NCBI GenBank assembly: GCA_964187785.1
Contig: OZ076409.1
Span: forward strand, 28,584,001 to 28,648,000
Source: Amphiscolops sp. MND2022
Lineage: Eukaryota
Direction of reading: 5' to 3'
DNA length: 64,000 nt
Shown: positions 21,444 through 33,970 of the stretch, piece after piece
Layout: each line of letters opens with the position of its first letter
Numbering within the stretch: position 1 is the first letter of the stretch
Made by a program: the position numbers and the translations under genes
Notes under the pieces: generated by a model
What the model was told of the DNA's origin: nothing
Seen by the model: the letters and a program-made list of their open reading frames with translations, nothing else
Database searches by the model: none

Positions 21444-23537
21444 GACTCGAAGAAGATCGATGGTGCTTATCTGCGCCCAATTATTCCAACAATTATCAAT
21501 TCCGGTTACCGACCTGGACGTCAGACATAAAGACCCAGAGAAAGAAACTTTTAAACAACAGCCTGATTATTAAAAACATACTGGAAGTAGATGATTTCCA
21601 CGTCTTTGAACATCTTTGAATCTTTGAGCTAAAGGACAATGAAGCTATTTTTAAGACTTGACGTTATCTGAGTGGTCAAGCGAACATTGGTCGAACACCC
21701 CAAAACCATTATCGCGAATTTTGTGGATTTTGCAGAAAAACATGAGATTTATAGTGCACTGGAAAAATATTTAAAAAAATTACTTACAGACGAAAGTATG
21801 GGAATGTTGAAAAACATCTGTTTGATATCACTGCAACTGCAACCTGGAAACAATGCAAAAGACCGAGTAACAACTAAGGATCAGTGATAAATTTGATTGC
21901 GGTCAAAGGTCGTCAATGTGGAAAAATCGAATCAGAAAAATTTTTCCTGAAACAGCGCTTTTGACAACAAAAGATCGTGACTGCAGGCAACTCTCTTACT
22001 CTCCAATTCCAATAGTTTATGACAAACATTCAGAATCAAACATTCTCAGTAAAATACTGATCTGAAAATGGTTTTTCTCTAGGTTTACAAGCTATTTCAA
22101 CTAGGAAACGTTTTAATGAACTGTCAGTTAAGTTGAGCGAATACAAAAACTTAGGTCAATTGACATTACTTGCCGAGACATGGCTCATAAAATACGATGA
22201 CTCGAAGGCCTTCAATGTAGCTAACTATCACCCTAATAAATCTAAACTTCGAACAGAAACCCAACTACGAACGAGACGTTGCAATGTGAGTGTTCAACTG
22301 AGTATCCATCCTGTTTAGTTTGATTCAGGTATTGAATAACTAGCCATGAGGATAACTTTCAATTAAAACTTGAAATTAGAACATATGCGGCCTGAATACA
22401 TAGACCTGCGAATATCAAAGTCATCTCGTTAATTTGAAAATTTGTAACACTTCTCATTTTTTAGAGCAAAGCACCATACACCAAGCTTTGTGATTCTGAT
22501 GAAGACCTATTGAAGAAAACTTGCGGTTGGTTTCACCGAATTTTTCCGAATATCTTTTCCTTCAGTGTGAGAACTTCCTTACCTACCAGCGTCACTGCAA
22601 CAAGTCACTGTAATTTGTTTTGATTATATTATAACCAGCTTTCAAGAAACATAAACCCTTCGAATTGGCCCAAAACAATCATTATGATTTGGAAATATAA
22701 CTTGATTTCTATTCTATCGGAAGTAAAAATGAATGTTTTTTCTAACGATAGTTGCAAACTCTGAGAAGCTCAAAGCTCCAAGTTTTCTCTTGCTGTCGGT
22801 GTCGGGCAGATTATGGTGGACGAATCATAGAAATAGGAGAAATAATGAATCGTCTCTACAAAATCACAATCTATAAAGCCTCTCCTCAAAACATCGAATG
22901 CTGAAACTGTTAATCAGTACTTTGGCAATATTGCAAAAACTTGGCAAAGAATTTGACAAAAATAACGTAGAAAAACCAAACGGACCCAACCAATAATAAT
23001 TCGTCGATTTACTTTCTGTGTAAAAGTTGTGGAATTTTTCCCAACTAGTTCGACAGCAATCGAGTACCAATGCAATTTTAACTTCATTACCAGTGCTTAG
23101 TTTTGGTTTCAAAATTTGGTTCCAAATTTTGGTTTCAAAATTTCAGGAAACAAGGAAAATAGCTTTGGTAATTCATTTTGCAAGAAACGACAGAAATCAA
23201 GCTGTAAAATATCCGAGTTTGTCACAAAGTACGAATGTGATTTTGAGCCCGAACAAATTTGGTTCCCGAATTATTTATTACTGTACAAATCGATCAGTGA
23301 AATAATTGAATACATCAGACAAGTGATTGATAAACGAAATTGAGGTAATGTATGCCCAATTGGTGTGATGAAAGCATTATACGCCAATAATCTGTTACGA
23401 GCCAAATTGGAAAGTATGGTTTCCACTGGTCCATATTCAACCGGATACCAAATTGGTTACAATTCAATATTGTTATCAATATGTCTTTCATCAAGATAAT
23501 GGTAGAAAATTTTTTTTCGTTTTTGATAATTACCAGG

Positions 23538-23698
23538 TGTTATAGCTAACGGCTAAGTATTAAAAGAGAGAGTTTTGTTTGACTGAATGTTAATTCTCTC
23601 AGACCGTAATGGTGGTCTAGCATCGTTTTCTCAGATACTTTACTTTTGTTGACAGGTAATTGTCAAAGAGACAACTGCTCTTTTAGCGATCTACCTTA
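23538..23698 (-). repeat. 3' LTR of the Gypsy element
   Basis: Matches 28013-28169, with about 9 differences over the ~150-bp core. Confidence 0.9.
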
Positions 23699-26600
23699 TT
23701 CCACCGACAGCAATTGACGGTTGAGAATTTTAAATCCAATGGTAGTACAATAAAGATAGGATAAATATATAAATGTCTGGACACAAATTGTACAGGTTAG
23801 GAAATTGTAATAATGGTATAAACACTACATCGTTTCAAGCAGTTTTTAAAAAGTTCAGTTTGTTTCCTTCACTTTTGAGCCTTTGTCTCCTTCTCTACTC
23901 CACAAATATGCACGGGCAGCCCATATCGGTCGGGTGCTTTTCGATTCCTACAGTTTCTTGTAGCTTGTTTTTCTCCAGCGGGTTTTTCGTTTTCCACTTC
24001 GTCTTGCTCAAGGTTGGCGAATATTGCGCCCTTTCCTCCCTCTGCTTTCTCTCGATCTCTTTGAGTGCATAATGTTTGGCTCGTTGCGGTGGTTTTTGCT
24101 TTCTGTTTTTCCCTCTCTGGAGGTTTTTTCGATCGCAACTTCTCTTTTCGACAAAAGTGTTTCTGTCTCCTTGTCCTCTGAGGTAAATGTCAGCGCGTGT
24201 TCATCCGTTGATCTTTCTCTTTCGGCGCTTGAATAGGCCGACCAACTTCCCTTTTCTTTGCCTCTTCTTGACAAAGATGGTGCTGTCATCATCTCTTGGG
24301 AACTCCTCCAGCTTGTCGAGGTCCACTGATCTGTCGAAATCTAAATCATTCAGTTTTTTATATAACTTCATAAATATGGATGTTTTAGTATTTGATTTTT
24401 GGCTGTGTGTCTCTCGAACGGCATTTTTCCATTGCTTACTCTTAGCGCACTTAATGACTGGTAGAACAATTTGTTCTGTCTTTCAGCTAAGAGTTCCGGA
24501 TTGCCTCTTAGCCTGTCATTAACCGTCCTTATCAGCCTTTCCTCTTTTCCATTTCCTACATGACGGATTTCAAACTCCTCTCTAAGTGCTTTAAATTCGC
24601 TTTCCATAAAAACTGATGCCTGATCCGTTCTTATTATCTGGATAATTCCATTATCGCAAATGTATTATCGTAAGAACTTTTCTTACCCTTATATCGGTAC
24701 TTTTCACAAATTTTAGTGTGGGGTACGCCGAAAACTTATCAATGGCTACCAGTATGTACTTTTTGTTTTCGGGTGCCCCAGCAAAAGGTCCCATAAAATC
24801 TATGGCTATTTCTGAATTTGTTTTTTTGGTTTTCTGATTTATCCAAATTGTTTTTGGGTTTTTAATGTTTTAAAGTTCCTACTTACGTTTTAGCAGTTTT
24901 TACACGTTTTCGCACAAGCCACAATTTGTCTGTTGATTTGTGGCTACAAAAACTTGTCGACGAAACCCAGAAAGACGTCCCGGCCGGCGTGTCCACAGTG
25001 GAAATTATTCAGGACCACTTGCTTCATATCCGACATAATAAATTTATATTTTTGAAGTGAGGTAATCCACGATATAGCCTTACGTTCGCGACTAATTTCA
25101 AGACGGCTCATTTTGGAGTGTTTACTTTCACAATCAATGCGTTCCCCACGCTTACTGCTTTCTCTCGTGCGTCTAGCTTGCTGCAATTATGTTGGTCGGT
25201 TAAACACTTTGTTTAATTTCTGTTTGGTGTATAGCTACATGTAGCAAATTACATCTTCGTTTGAATTGACTACAAACCAGCTTTCCCAGAGTTCTTGTGC
25301 GCTTTTTGACAATTCGCACTCATTGTAGTCACTAGCGTGCCGGGATAAACAGTCTGCAAATCCCTTTGTCCGGCTCGGTTGCTGAACCACTTCCATGTCA
25401 AATGCTAAACTCCTATCAAGTCACCTAGTGAGCCTACTGGAATATGTTTTCTTTCCGTGGTTACTTTTTATTGCGGTTTCTAAGGCCTTAGGGTCCAATA
25501 CCACTTCGAACTTTACCCCAGAAATGTAATTTCTGAAATGTTCGACTTCCAAACTATCGCGAGTACTTCCAGTTCATTCGTGGAATATTTTACTTTGTAA
25601 TATGTTAAATATCTTGACGCGCACGATACCGGCTTTTAATCTCTGTTCTCGTTTTTCTGCATTGCGCCCAGTCTTTCTTGACTGGCGTGGCAGACGATCA
25701 GCAATTTGTTTGTATGGTAAAATTGCGATTGTTTGATAATTTCTTGGACGTTTTTCTGCACTTGTTCGAAACCTAAGTCGTGTTTTTCCTTACAATCACA
25801 TTGTCTTCCTTTCTTAAGGTCCCTAAAGTGTTCATTTTTTGCGCTAGTCCCGGTATTAATTTTTTAAATTGATTTACTGCCCCGAAGTACGATCTTAGGT
25901 CTTTCAGGTTTTTGGGTTTCATTTGCTCAGATATTCCTTGATGTTTTTCATTTTGTGGCTTTATCCCTTTGTTCGAAATCCTGTACCTGAGCCAATCTTT
26001 TTCATTTTAGCTATTTGGCATTTTTCTTCCAATAGTTGTAGCTTTCTACTATCTAATTTTTGGAAAACTTCCCTAACCTTCGCTTCGCGTTCTTCTTTGG
26101 TACCCTTGGTTACTATTAAAATGTCATCTATAAAAAAACGTTCTGCATGTTAATTAAAGTATCTTTCATTATTCTCCGGAATTCAGTGGGCATAGCTGTG
26201 AGCCCGAAAACTCCGGTTTCAAAACAGTAAATGCCGCTCGCTTTTCCGCCTATTATCGCAAATTTTCAATGCTTAGCTAATTCTGGGTTTAAAAGAGTTT
26301 GTCCAAAGGCAAATTTCAAGTCAACCGAGGTGAACTACACCTCTGCTTCTCCTTCCTGTGTAAATATTTCTGTCAAAGTGCTCAGTAAATCATCTATTTT
26401 CGACATTTAATATTTGTCTTTCTTTATGTTTTCGTTCATTACTCTCGCGTCAAATGCTATTTTTATACTTTTATCCCGCCTCACCGTAATGGCCAACGGT
26501 TGTAAAAAAACGTCCTCTTTTATTTCGTTCACTTTTTCTACGTGGCCCATTCAGAATAAATTTTGAACTCTTTTTCTACTGAAATTTGGAACTGCAGTGG

Positions 26601-27997
26601 TATACTACGCCCCTTTTGTTGCTTGGGTGCGCAACTCCCTTTAAATTGTGCGTTTGTTTCGTGCCCTTCAAGGCATCCGTTTCTAGAAAAAAAGTTTTCC
26701 TTAAATTCGGTGAACAATTTGTTGGGCGGTTTGTTTACAAGATTAAATTCGCACTTACCACCTTCCGTCTTTACCTTGATCCCCAAACCTCGCTGCCTTC
26801 CTATCACTTTTCGAGACTTTTTTGGCTATCAGCGCTCGGACTTTATCCTACTTTCTCGCTCCGAATCGACTTGCACGGTCATAGCTCCGAAGAAATCGAT
26901 TTTGTTGTTGCCGACATCGATATACTTCTCGTTCTTTTTGAGTTGTTGAAGTTTATAAGCCTTTCCGAACACCTTCTGAATATGAGTTTTCGTGAATATA
27001 GTAACTGGTGATCCGGTGTCTATAAGGGCTTGTAATGGCCCTTTTAGGACGAATGGTTTGTCTGCACCCTCTTCCATTTTGTCTATAAGCATAACTTCGA
27101 CTTCTTCCCCCGATTCCTCATCAGAACTCCTCCAGGGGCTCTTTGGGTGAACCACGTATACATTCTTTCGAGTGTTTGTCTTTTTTCTGTTTTGTTTCTC
27201 GCTGTCTCGTTCTGCACATGCGGGCATAGTGTCCGTTTTTTCCACAGTTCCGGCATTCAACATTGCTGGCCTTGCAAATCTTTTGATGCCCCATTGTAAA
27301 CGGCTTTTCTCCACATTTGTAGCTTTCGCTTTTTTTCTCTACCGCGAATACCGGCTCTTCTTTGAGATTTGTCGTTTTGACACAATATGGTTTCTTCTGT
27401 TGGGCCCTTTGCTCGAAACAATAGCAAACTTCAAGGCTTCCTCAGGATTATCTTTGGATTCCATGAACAATCTATCTCGGACTTGGGTGTTCTTCATAAT
27501 GGGTACGAAAATATCGTATAATAATCCTGTGGTCTGCGTGCCAAAGTCACAATTTGCAGTCAATTCATTTAGGGCGTGCCAAAATTGCTCGAGGCTTTCG
27601 TCATCCCTTTGTTTCCTGTTTAGGAATTTGTGACCATTCATGAGCCTGTTCCTTTTCTTCTGGATAGCGTCGTTGCATTCCTTGAGCAAGTCTTTCAGAT
27701 TGGTAGCGTTTATATCCATATCTGGCTTCCGGTCCAGTATTGTTTTTCGTGCTGCTTCTCTGCGGGCAATATTCAAGAAACTGACCGCTTTTTTCTGGGC
27801 TATGGGTTCTTCTGCACCGCCAATCAGTTCTTTTCTTCTAGGAGTTCCTGATTCGTCTCTTGTCAGTTCTTCTAATGATATTGAGGATTTTGCCATAAGT
27901 GTCGCCTGAAATAATTTGATCCATCTACTCCACTCTTCTTGGGTTTCTATTGAAGGATCGTGCCAAAAGACAAGAATTCCTGATATGGGTTGAGTTC

Positions 27998-28169
27998 AGC
28001 TCCGCAGCGCCATGAAGCTAACGGCTAAGTATTAAAAGAGAGTGTTTTGTGTGACTGAATGTTAATTTCTCAGACCGTATTGGTGGTCTAGCATCGTTTT
28101 CTCAGACGCTTTACTTTTGTTGGCAGGTACTTGTCAAAGTGACAACTGCTCTTTTAGCGATCTACCACA
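27998..28169 (-). repeat. 5' LTR (28013-28169) plus primer-binding site TGGCGCTGCGGAGC (tRNA-Ser-like)
   Basis: On the minus strand the LTR ends in ...TTCA, immediately followed by TGGCGCTG, complementary to a ...CAGCG-CCA tRNA 3' end. Confidence 0.8.
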
Positions 28170-29896
28170 CCAGGGTGCCGCAATGATCCATTTTAGGCCC
28201 TTTTCTCTTCTTGCCGTACATCATTGATTTGCTTCTCTATACAACTTTGGAACGAAAGTCAAAAACGGATGACGATAAGTAACTCGGAACTAAATCGCTG
28301 TCAATAAAGAGAATATATACTGAAGAACGAGAAACATAGAGCGTCTTCCAAATGAGACTTTTCAGATTCTCATTTGAGACTTTTCAGAAATTTCATCAAA
28401 ACAGATTTTTCATTGTGTAAATTTAAGAGTTTAATTTCGTGCAACGCGTGCTTTTGAAAAACAAGTATAACACTTGACAAAAAACCATAACAATATCTGC
28501 GGAATTGTTCATAGAGTACGTGACCGTTTCTACCAAAAAGGTTCCATCTGATTCTATCATGCTAATGCTCAATCAATATTTCGATATGGTCTCATTAACC
28601 ATGCATCTACCATGCATCGAGTCTGGAATCTTTTGACAAGGTTCAACAAAGAGTTTTTAGAGCAATTTTCGCCGGCAGAAATGGGATGCATTACACAGAG
28701 CATAAATTATTTTCCAGTTTTTGACTGATTCATACTTGCAGTGCGCAAATCTCTTGAATCATACCATCTGCGACTTGAATCATACCTTAATATAAATTGT
28801 CGCCGGCCACGATTGCAATATTCGTAGAAAGCAAACTAGTTTGGTGCTGTTCCGTTTACTTACAACAGACTTGTGCTGAAACAGTGAAGCGTAACAAACA
28901 TCCTCAGAAAAGCCTATATTCGTCTAAATTCGCTCAGCTTATTCCTGAAGGAAGAGAGAAACTCACAACAAAAAATCTCGACCAAATTTCATTTAATGTA
29001 CGTGAAGTCTACATAGTCGATAACAAGGATTTGTTCGAACGTTTTTTTTTCTAAGCCCAGTCCGTAAAAAACCTTCTTATTATTGAAGAAACGCCTTTTC
29101 GGCCTGAAATTGGTTCTCAAGGGTAACAGCGCGACAAGCTAAAAAGCTCTTTTTGGTCCTCTTCTGAGAGATTTCTACCAATTTCGTTTTTATAACCTGC
29201 TGTGGAAATCTTTGCAGGATGAAATAGCAGCTCCTTAGAAGTATCGATCGATCATCTTCTCGAGAAGATGAAAATAATTTTAAAATGAAGAAGACATTAA
29301 CAAGTTTTGAGCACTAGATGTATGAATAAGATTCTTATTCAAGTCTAGAGTTACAGCAATTTTTTCGACTGAACGAACATCAATGCCAGTTTCGCTTCAA
29401 TTACTTGATGAGTTGACTCCATTAACATGTGCAGATTCTAAAAAACAACAGCTTTTTCGGCGATTATTTCCGCAAATGCGAACTGAACTACTTTCTTTTC
29501 TTCTTTGATTCATTATACAATCTTTCGAAAATTTATAACTGAAAGTTCGCAGTGGTCGCAGGTTTTGTACTGACGTTTTCTCAGAAAACCTTTGCACCCT
29601 TGCTCGATGAATGTCTCGATTTGTTTTTGAGATTTCATTTGTGCTTGTCCTAACCAATTGTGTCGCCGCTTCACATTTTGTTCAATTGTTTTTTCTGTGG
29701 ACTGTTTGTCTATTGCCGTTCTAATACTTTCAGTTAAATTTCGCATGCTGAAAGTTAAATTTTCGTAGTTGATTATTACATCATCCACTAAGGTTATGTA
29801 ACATTGTAACTAAAAAAACTTGTTTTACAAAGTTTTTTCAAAGACAAAAAGTAAAAGGATAATCAAGCTAATGCATGCAACAAAAATACTTTTTCT

Positions 29897-31469
29897 TTAA
29901 GGAAATAATGATGCTTTAAAAACCGACTTAAAATGCATTCTGAAAGTTTTCACAAACAAGAATAAGAACAGGGGATTACATGAACAGTTCAGTAAGAGTG
30001 CTAGTCTGCGGAATTTGTCTCTGATGCTCAGCACTAATATCTCCTCTGGTGAACCAGCTTCTCGATCGAAGCGCAAAGCTACCAGTCGTGAAGAAAGCTC
30101 CAGTGATGTTGCACACACCGCGACAGCAGCTACGCAGAACAGCATTCGATACGCATTGCCCTTCTCTCCAGATGTTTTCCTGAAAAAAGTTGCTTCAGTC
30201 TTGTTTTTGGCACTGAATTTTTTCATTTTTCACAAAACGGCGAGTTCACACAGCTGAAAACACACGGAATCACACTTCACGGTGGTTTTGTAGTTTTTTT
30301 ATCTATAATGCTTTCGAGTTCCCACTTCTCGACGTATTCAAGTGTTTCTAATTTTCACAAACGGGCTAACCCTCTAACCACTGGGCCATTGGTCAAGTAC
30401 ATATAAAATGTGGTCATTTCATTGACAGCGTGGGAAAAGACTTGCCACTGCAAGCGTCTGGCGTTTTTTTCAAAAAGCGCCTTTTAAAAAAATAAAAAAC
30501 ACACAAGATAACCTTTTCTTCCGAGACTGCCGTGTCAGTCGAATGATGACGGAGGCGTTAAGTACAACCATAAGCAGACCAGGAGTGAACACTAACACAA
30601 CTCTATGCACCAGTATTGCAATAAGAGCGACACGTGCCTCGACATAATCTGCCACTCCGAAGCATACTTTGTAGTCATCTTTTGCATGGATGCCCGTAAA
30701 AGGAGATGCAGATATTACAGCAAGTACCACGGCGACAAAGGACGATATATTGGCGTTGGAAATAGTTGCATATTCTTTCTGTTTATAAGGAATAAACGTT
30801 GCACAAAATCTGTCTGCTGACAAAATGAGGACCAAGTTCAAAGACGCTGATAAAGTTATGTAAAAACCCAAAACATGGATTGTACAAATTACTCCTGGAA
30901 TTTTGTCAGAATTCACGAACTCAGACGTGATAATGAGTTCAAACACATTACCAATCAGGGCAATGGTGTCAACAATAGCCAGCCAGCAGATTATGATATA
31001 ACCTGAAACAAAACCGTTAGCCGAAATCACTCATGACCACGAAAGTCTATTCATCAAGATTTTGTCACAGTTTGTGATTGCCGTAGCGCTCTATAGGTCA
31101 ACCTGAGTTTGCAGGTTAAAATACAAGCATTTTGTCAAATCCTAGCCTCAAACAGTATTAAATTCAGTTCCCATTTAGAAATCAAGAGACCAAACTTCTC
31201 TATATTTTGTTAGGAAAAGAAATCTCACTTCAAATTGAAAAAAAATGTGGCATTTGAAAAGAAATTTAACCTGCTGTTTTTCTTTTTCTCACAAGTGTGA
31301 GAGACACTAGGAATAAAAGAATGTTTCCCAATATTCCAAGCACGCTGAGGAGGATACTCAAATGAGTACCAAAGGGTAACAAGCGATGAACAAGTGGGAA
31401 GTTTTCTCGCAAATCGTTTTCATGTGTAAGTGAAGTTAGCGTAGAATTCGAAATGATCATGTTCTCCAT
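29897..31469 (-). CDS. Class A GPCR, 3 exons (31271-31469, 30513-31002, 29897-30212), ~334 aa
   Basis: TM1 GN, TM2 LAIVD, TM3 C...ADRF, TM5 P, TM6 AYRMLFCV, TM7 NCSCNPLF. GT-AG junctions give 1005 nt in frame; the exon 3 acceptor is inferred from phase. Confidence 0.85.
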
Positions 31470-33004
31470 TCTAGTATATTTTGCACTTGCACTGTTCTAA
31501 TAAAAATCACCAAAATGAATTTATGTGGCGAGTTTAGGCAAAAAATTACGCCGCGAAAGATATTATCGGTGAAAACGAGAAATGCTGGATGATGGAAAAA
31601 ATTAGTAGCAAATTTGGGGACATCTGAAATCTTAAAATGTATAAGCTAAAATTCTTTTACAATCACTTTCATTTAGATCACAGAGGACTCCTTCACAATG
31701 GGTGAGGTTCCAGCAGAGTGGAAAGCTTTCAATGACCATTTAAGGCTTTTGGGTGTCAATTTGATCTACTGACAGACTTTGATCGGATTGTGAACCCAGG
31801 AGAGTAATGTTGATATTGTATTGATCTTATTCGCCAGCAAACGCATCAGAAGAGTTCGTTCGTCACTTTAGTTTCAAAATCTAACATCAGGGGAACGGGA
31901 AATGAACTCTTGTGGTTCTTCTAATCAGAAAACATTGTTAATTGCTAACAGATCAAACATTCAAAATTTTCTGCTGTTTCCTTTTTTGCCAGCTTCAAGA
32001 TTTTTGTACAAAACATGCCTCAGGTGATTGAAAAATTATTCAATATGCGGTTTCTTTGCCTTGATTAGTATTAATTGAAGCAGAATTGTTTAGAAAAAAT
32101 ACTTTTATATTTTCAAAGTCGCAATATTATCATGATGTACACAAAAAACTGCGAAAATGTTCATACAAACTGCCGTCACCAATAGCTGGAATCAAAAGAG
32201 TGAAAAGTCTTTGAAGCAGTTCAGGACGATAGTAGTTGCTGAGATTGAACTATTGTCTTGAAAATTAATCAGCAACCATGAAACGACAACAAATTTCAAA
32301 GAACAGTTTTCAAGGTTGCATCTCTGAAATTTTATAAAACTATTTTGTCCTGAAATCTTACCTGCAACACCAAAACTTTTAAATAGTTACTAGAACTCAT
32401 CACAAAGTGAAATCATGCGCGCACGCCATGTTTTATTGAAGATGACGGAAGTTTTTCCTGCTATGAAAGTCTGAACAAGCCGGGAAGGCTCAAGTCGGCG
32501 CCCCGCTCAAGTTCAAATAGAGTAAATTGTTATAATTATGTAGAGGAACACTAATGCTATTAGACACTATTGTGATTTAATTGAAACTCATTGAAGTCTC
32601 ATTAGTCTCATAGTGTCGAAACACCGAGAAGACTATCCAAGTCCGTATAACGCTTTTTTCAAGTGAAGCAGTACCCTTTGAACAATTAAAAAATTTTCAC
32701 GAAAAAATTCGCATACTGCCGAAAAAACCGTAGGGTTTTTTGACATATATGGAGAAAACTTTCGTCAGTCTCAAAGGACCAGAAACTGACCAAAAAAGGC
32801 CATCCTAAAGACTCCGAAAACGGTTTTCCTTAATTGAGACCTCAAAAAACCAAAAATTGTGGGAAAAATTCAAAACATTTCTTGACAAATTCCTAAAGAT
32901 ATTTTCTACACTTTTTCGAGAAGTTGCATTGTGCCGAAAAACTTTCATGCTCGCTAAAAATCGACCGGCGGCTTCGGTAGGACAAATCAACAAAGGTCTC
33001 AGTA

Positions 33005-33970
33005 CCCCAGTCGAACTCCCATACATTTCTTGCAAGAAGCTTGCAGAAGTGGTACATTTCAGACACTATCTGCAAGAATCTTGCAAGAATCTTGGATTTC
33101 AGACAAACCTGTCAGATTCTTGCAGAACAGACATTTCTTGCAGATTGAGACGTTTCAAAGTTCTTGCAAGATTCTTGCAGGTCAAGACATTTCTTGCAAG
33201 ATTCTTGGACGGATCTTGTAAGACAATGTCTGAAACTTGAAAGATATTCTGCCAGAAAATGTCTGGAATGTACGGGAAACAACAAGGATTTTTTTCCAAT
33301 TTTAAACAAGGAATATGTTCAAATTGAAACTAAATGTCTCGTATATGTAGTCGCGCGGACTTAAATGTGACCAAGAATTTTACACCAAGCGAGAATTTTG
33401 AACCAAGAACCAAGTCATCTTGGAAGAATTTTGCGACGCGTGCCGTTAACTACCCTCAAGCGCGCTGTTAATTACCCTCTTGAGTCGAGTCACAACAGTT
33501 CGAGAGTCTCTTGGAGTGAGTGATGATGAAGAATAACATATATCGAACGAACTCTTAATCTTTGAATACGTGTACATTTTTATCTTCATCTATATTTGTT
33601 TTGCTGATGCTGTAAAAATCTTTCATTTGGAAATTTTCAGACTCTTTTTTCAATTTACTTTCAAGATTCAAGCATTTTCTTCCAAGTTACTCTCAAGGTT
33701 CAGGCATTTTTTCCAAGTTACTTCCAAGATCAGGCATTTTCTTCCAAGATACTTCCAAGATCAGACATTTTCTTCCAAGTTACTTCCAAGATCAGATATT
33801 TTCTTGCAAGATCTTGCAAGACCAGACATTTTCTTGCAAGATCTTGCAAGACCAGACTTTATCTTCCAAGATCTTCCAAGATACCTGCAAGAATAATGCA
33901 TTGTCTTCCAAGATCTTGGAAGTGAAATCTGACAGATTCTTGCAAGAAATGTATGGGAGTTCGACTGGGG
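33005..33970. mobile_element. Non-autonomous TIR element with TCTTGCAAGA sub-terminal arrays; TA TSD
   Basis: TIR ccccagtcgaactcccatacatttcttgcaaga / tcttgcaagaaatgtatgggagttcgactgggg; ~30-bp tandem units near both ends. Confidence 0.88.

Larger units (their letters stand above)
23538..28169 (-). mobile_element. Ty3/Gypsy LTR retrotransposon (Mag-like), degenerate gag-pol
   Basis: TG...CA outer ends, 5-bp TSD CCAGG, ~157-bp LTRs. Gag FLNRKQRDDESLEQFWHAL..L...CDFG and Zn knuckles; protease LIDTGSPVTI; RT remnants (FGL, DDILIV); RNase H then integrase (H.GH.GRD, IDKFS, RTDQ). Confidence 0.92.
21600..29050 (+). mobile_element. Highly degraded CR1/L2-like non-LTR retrotransposon, interrupted by the Gypsy element; boundaries approximate
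   Basis: ORF1-like PKTIIANF (~21700), endonuclease LAETWL (~22170), PT.VT..S (~22580) and RT VPQ.SILGPFLFL (~28175) lie in the correct order on the + strand. Confidence 0.6.

Noticed and set aside
33680..33900. Regularly spaced repeats resembling a CRISPR array
   Set aside because: The units are tandem with no unique spacers, there are no cas genes, and the context is a eukaryotic TIR element.
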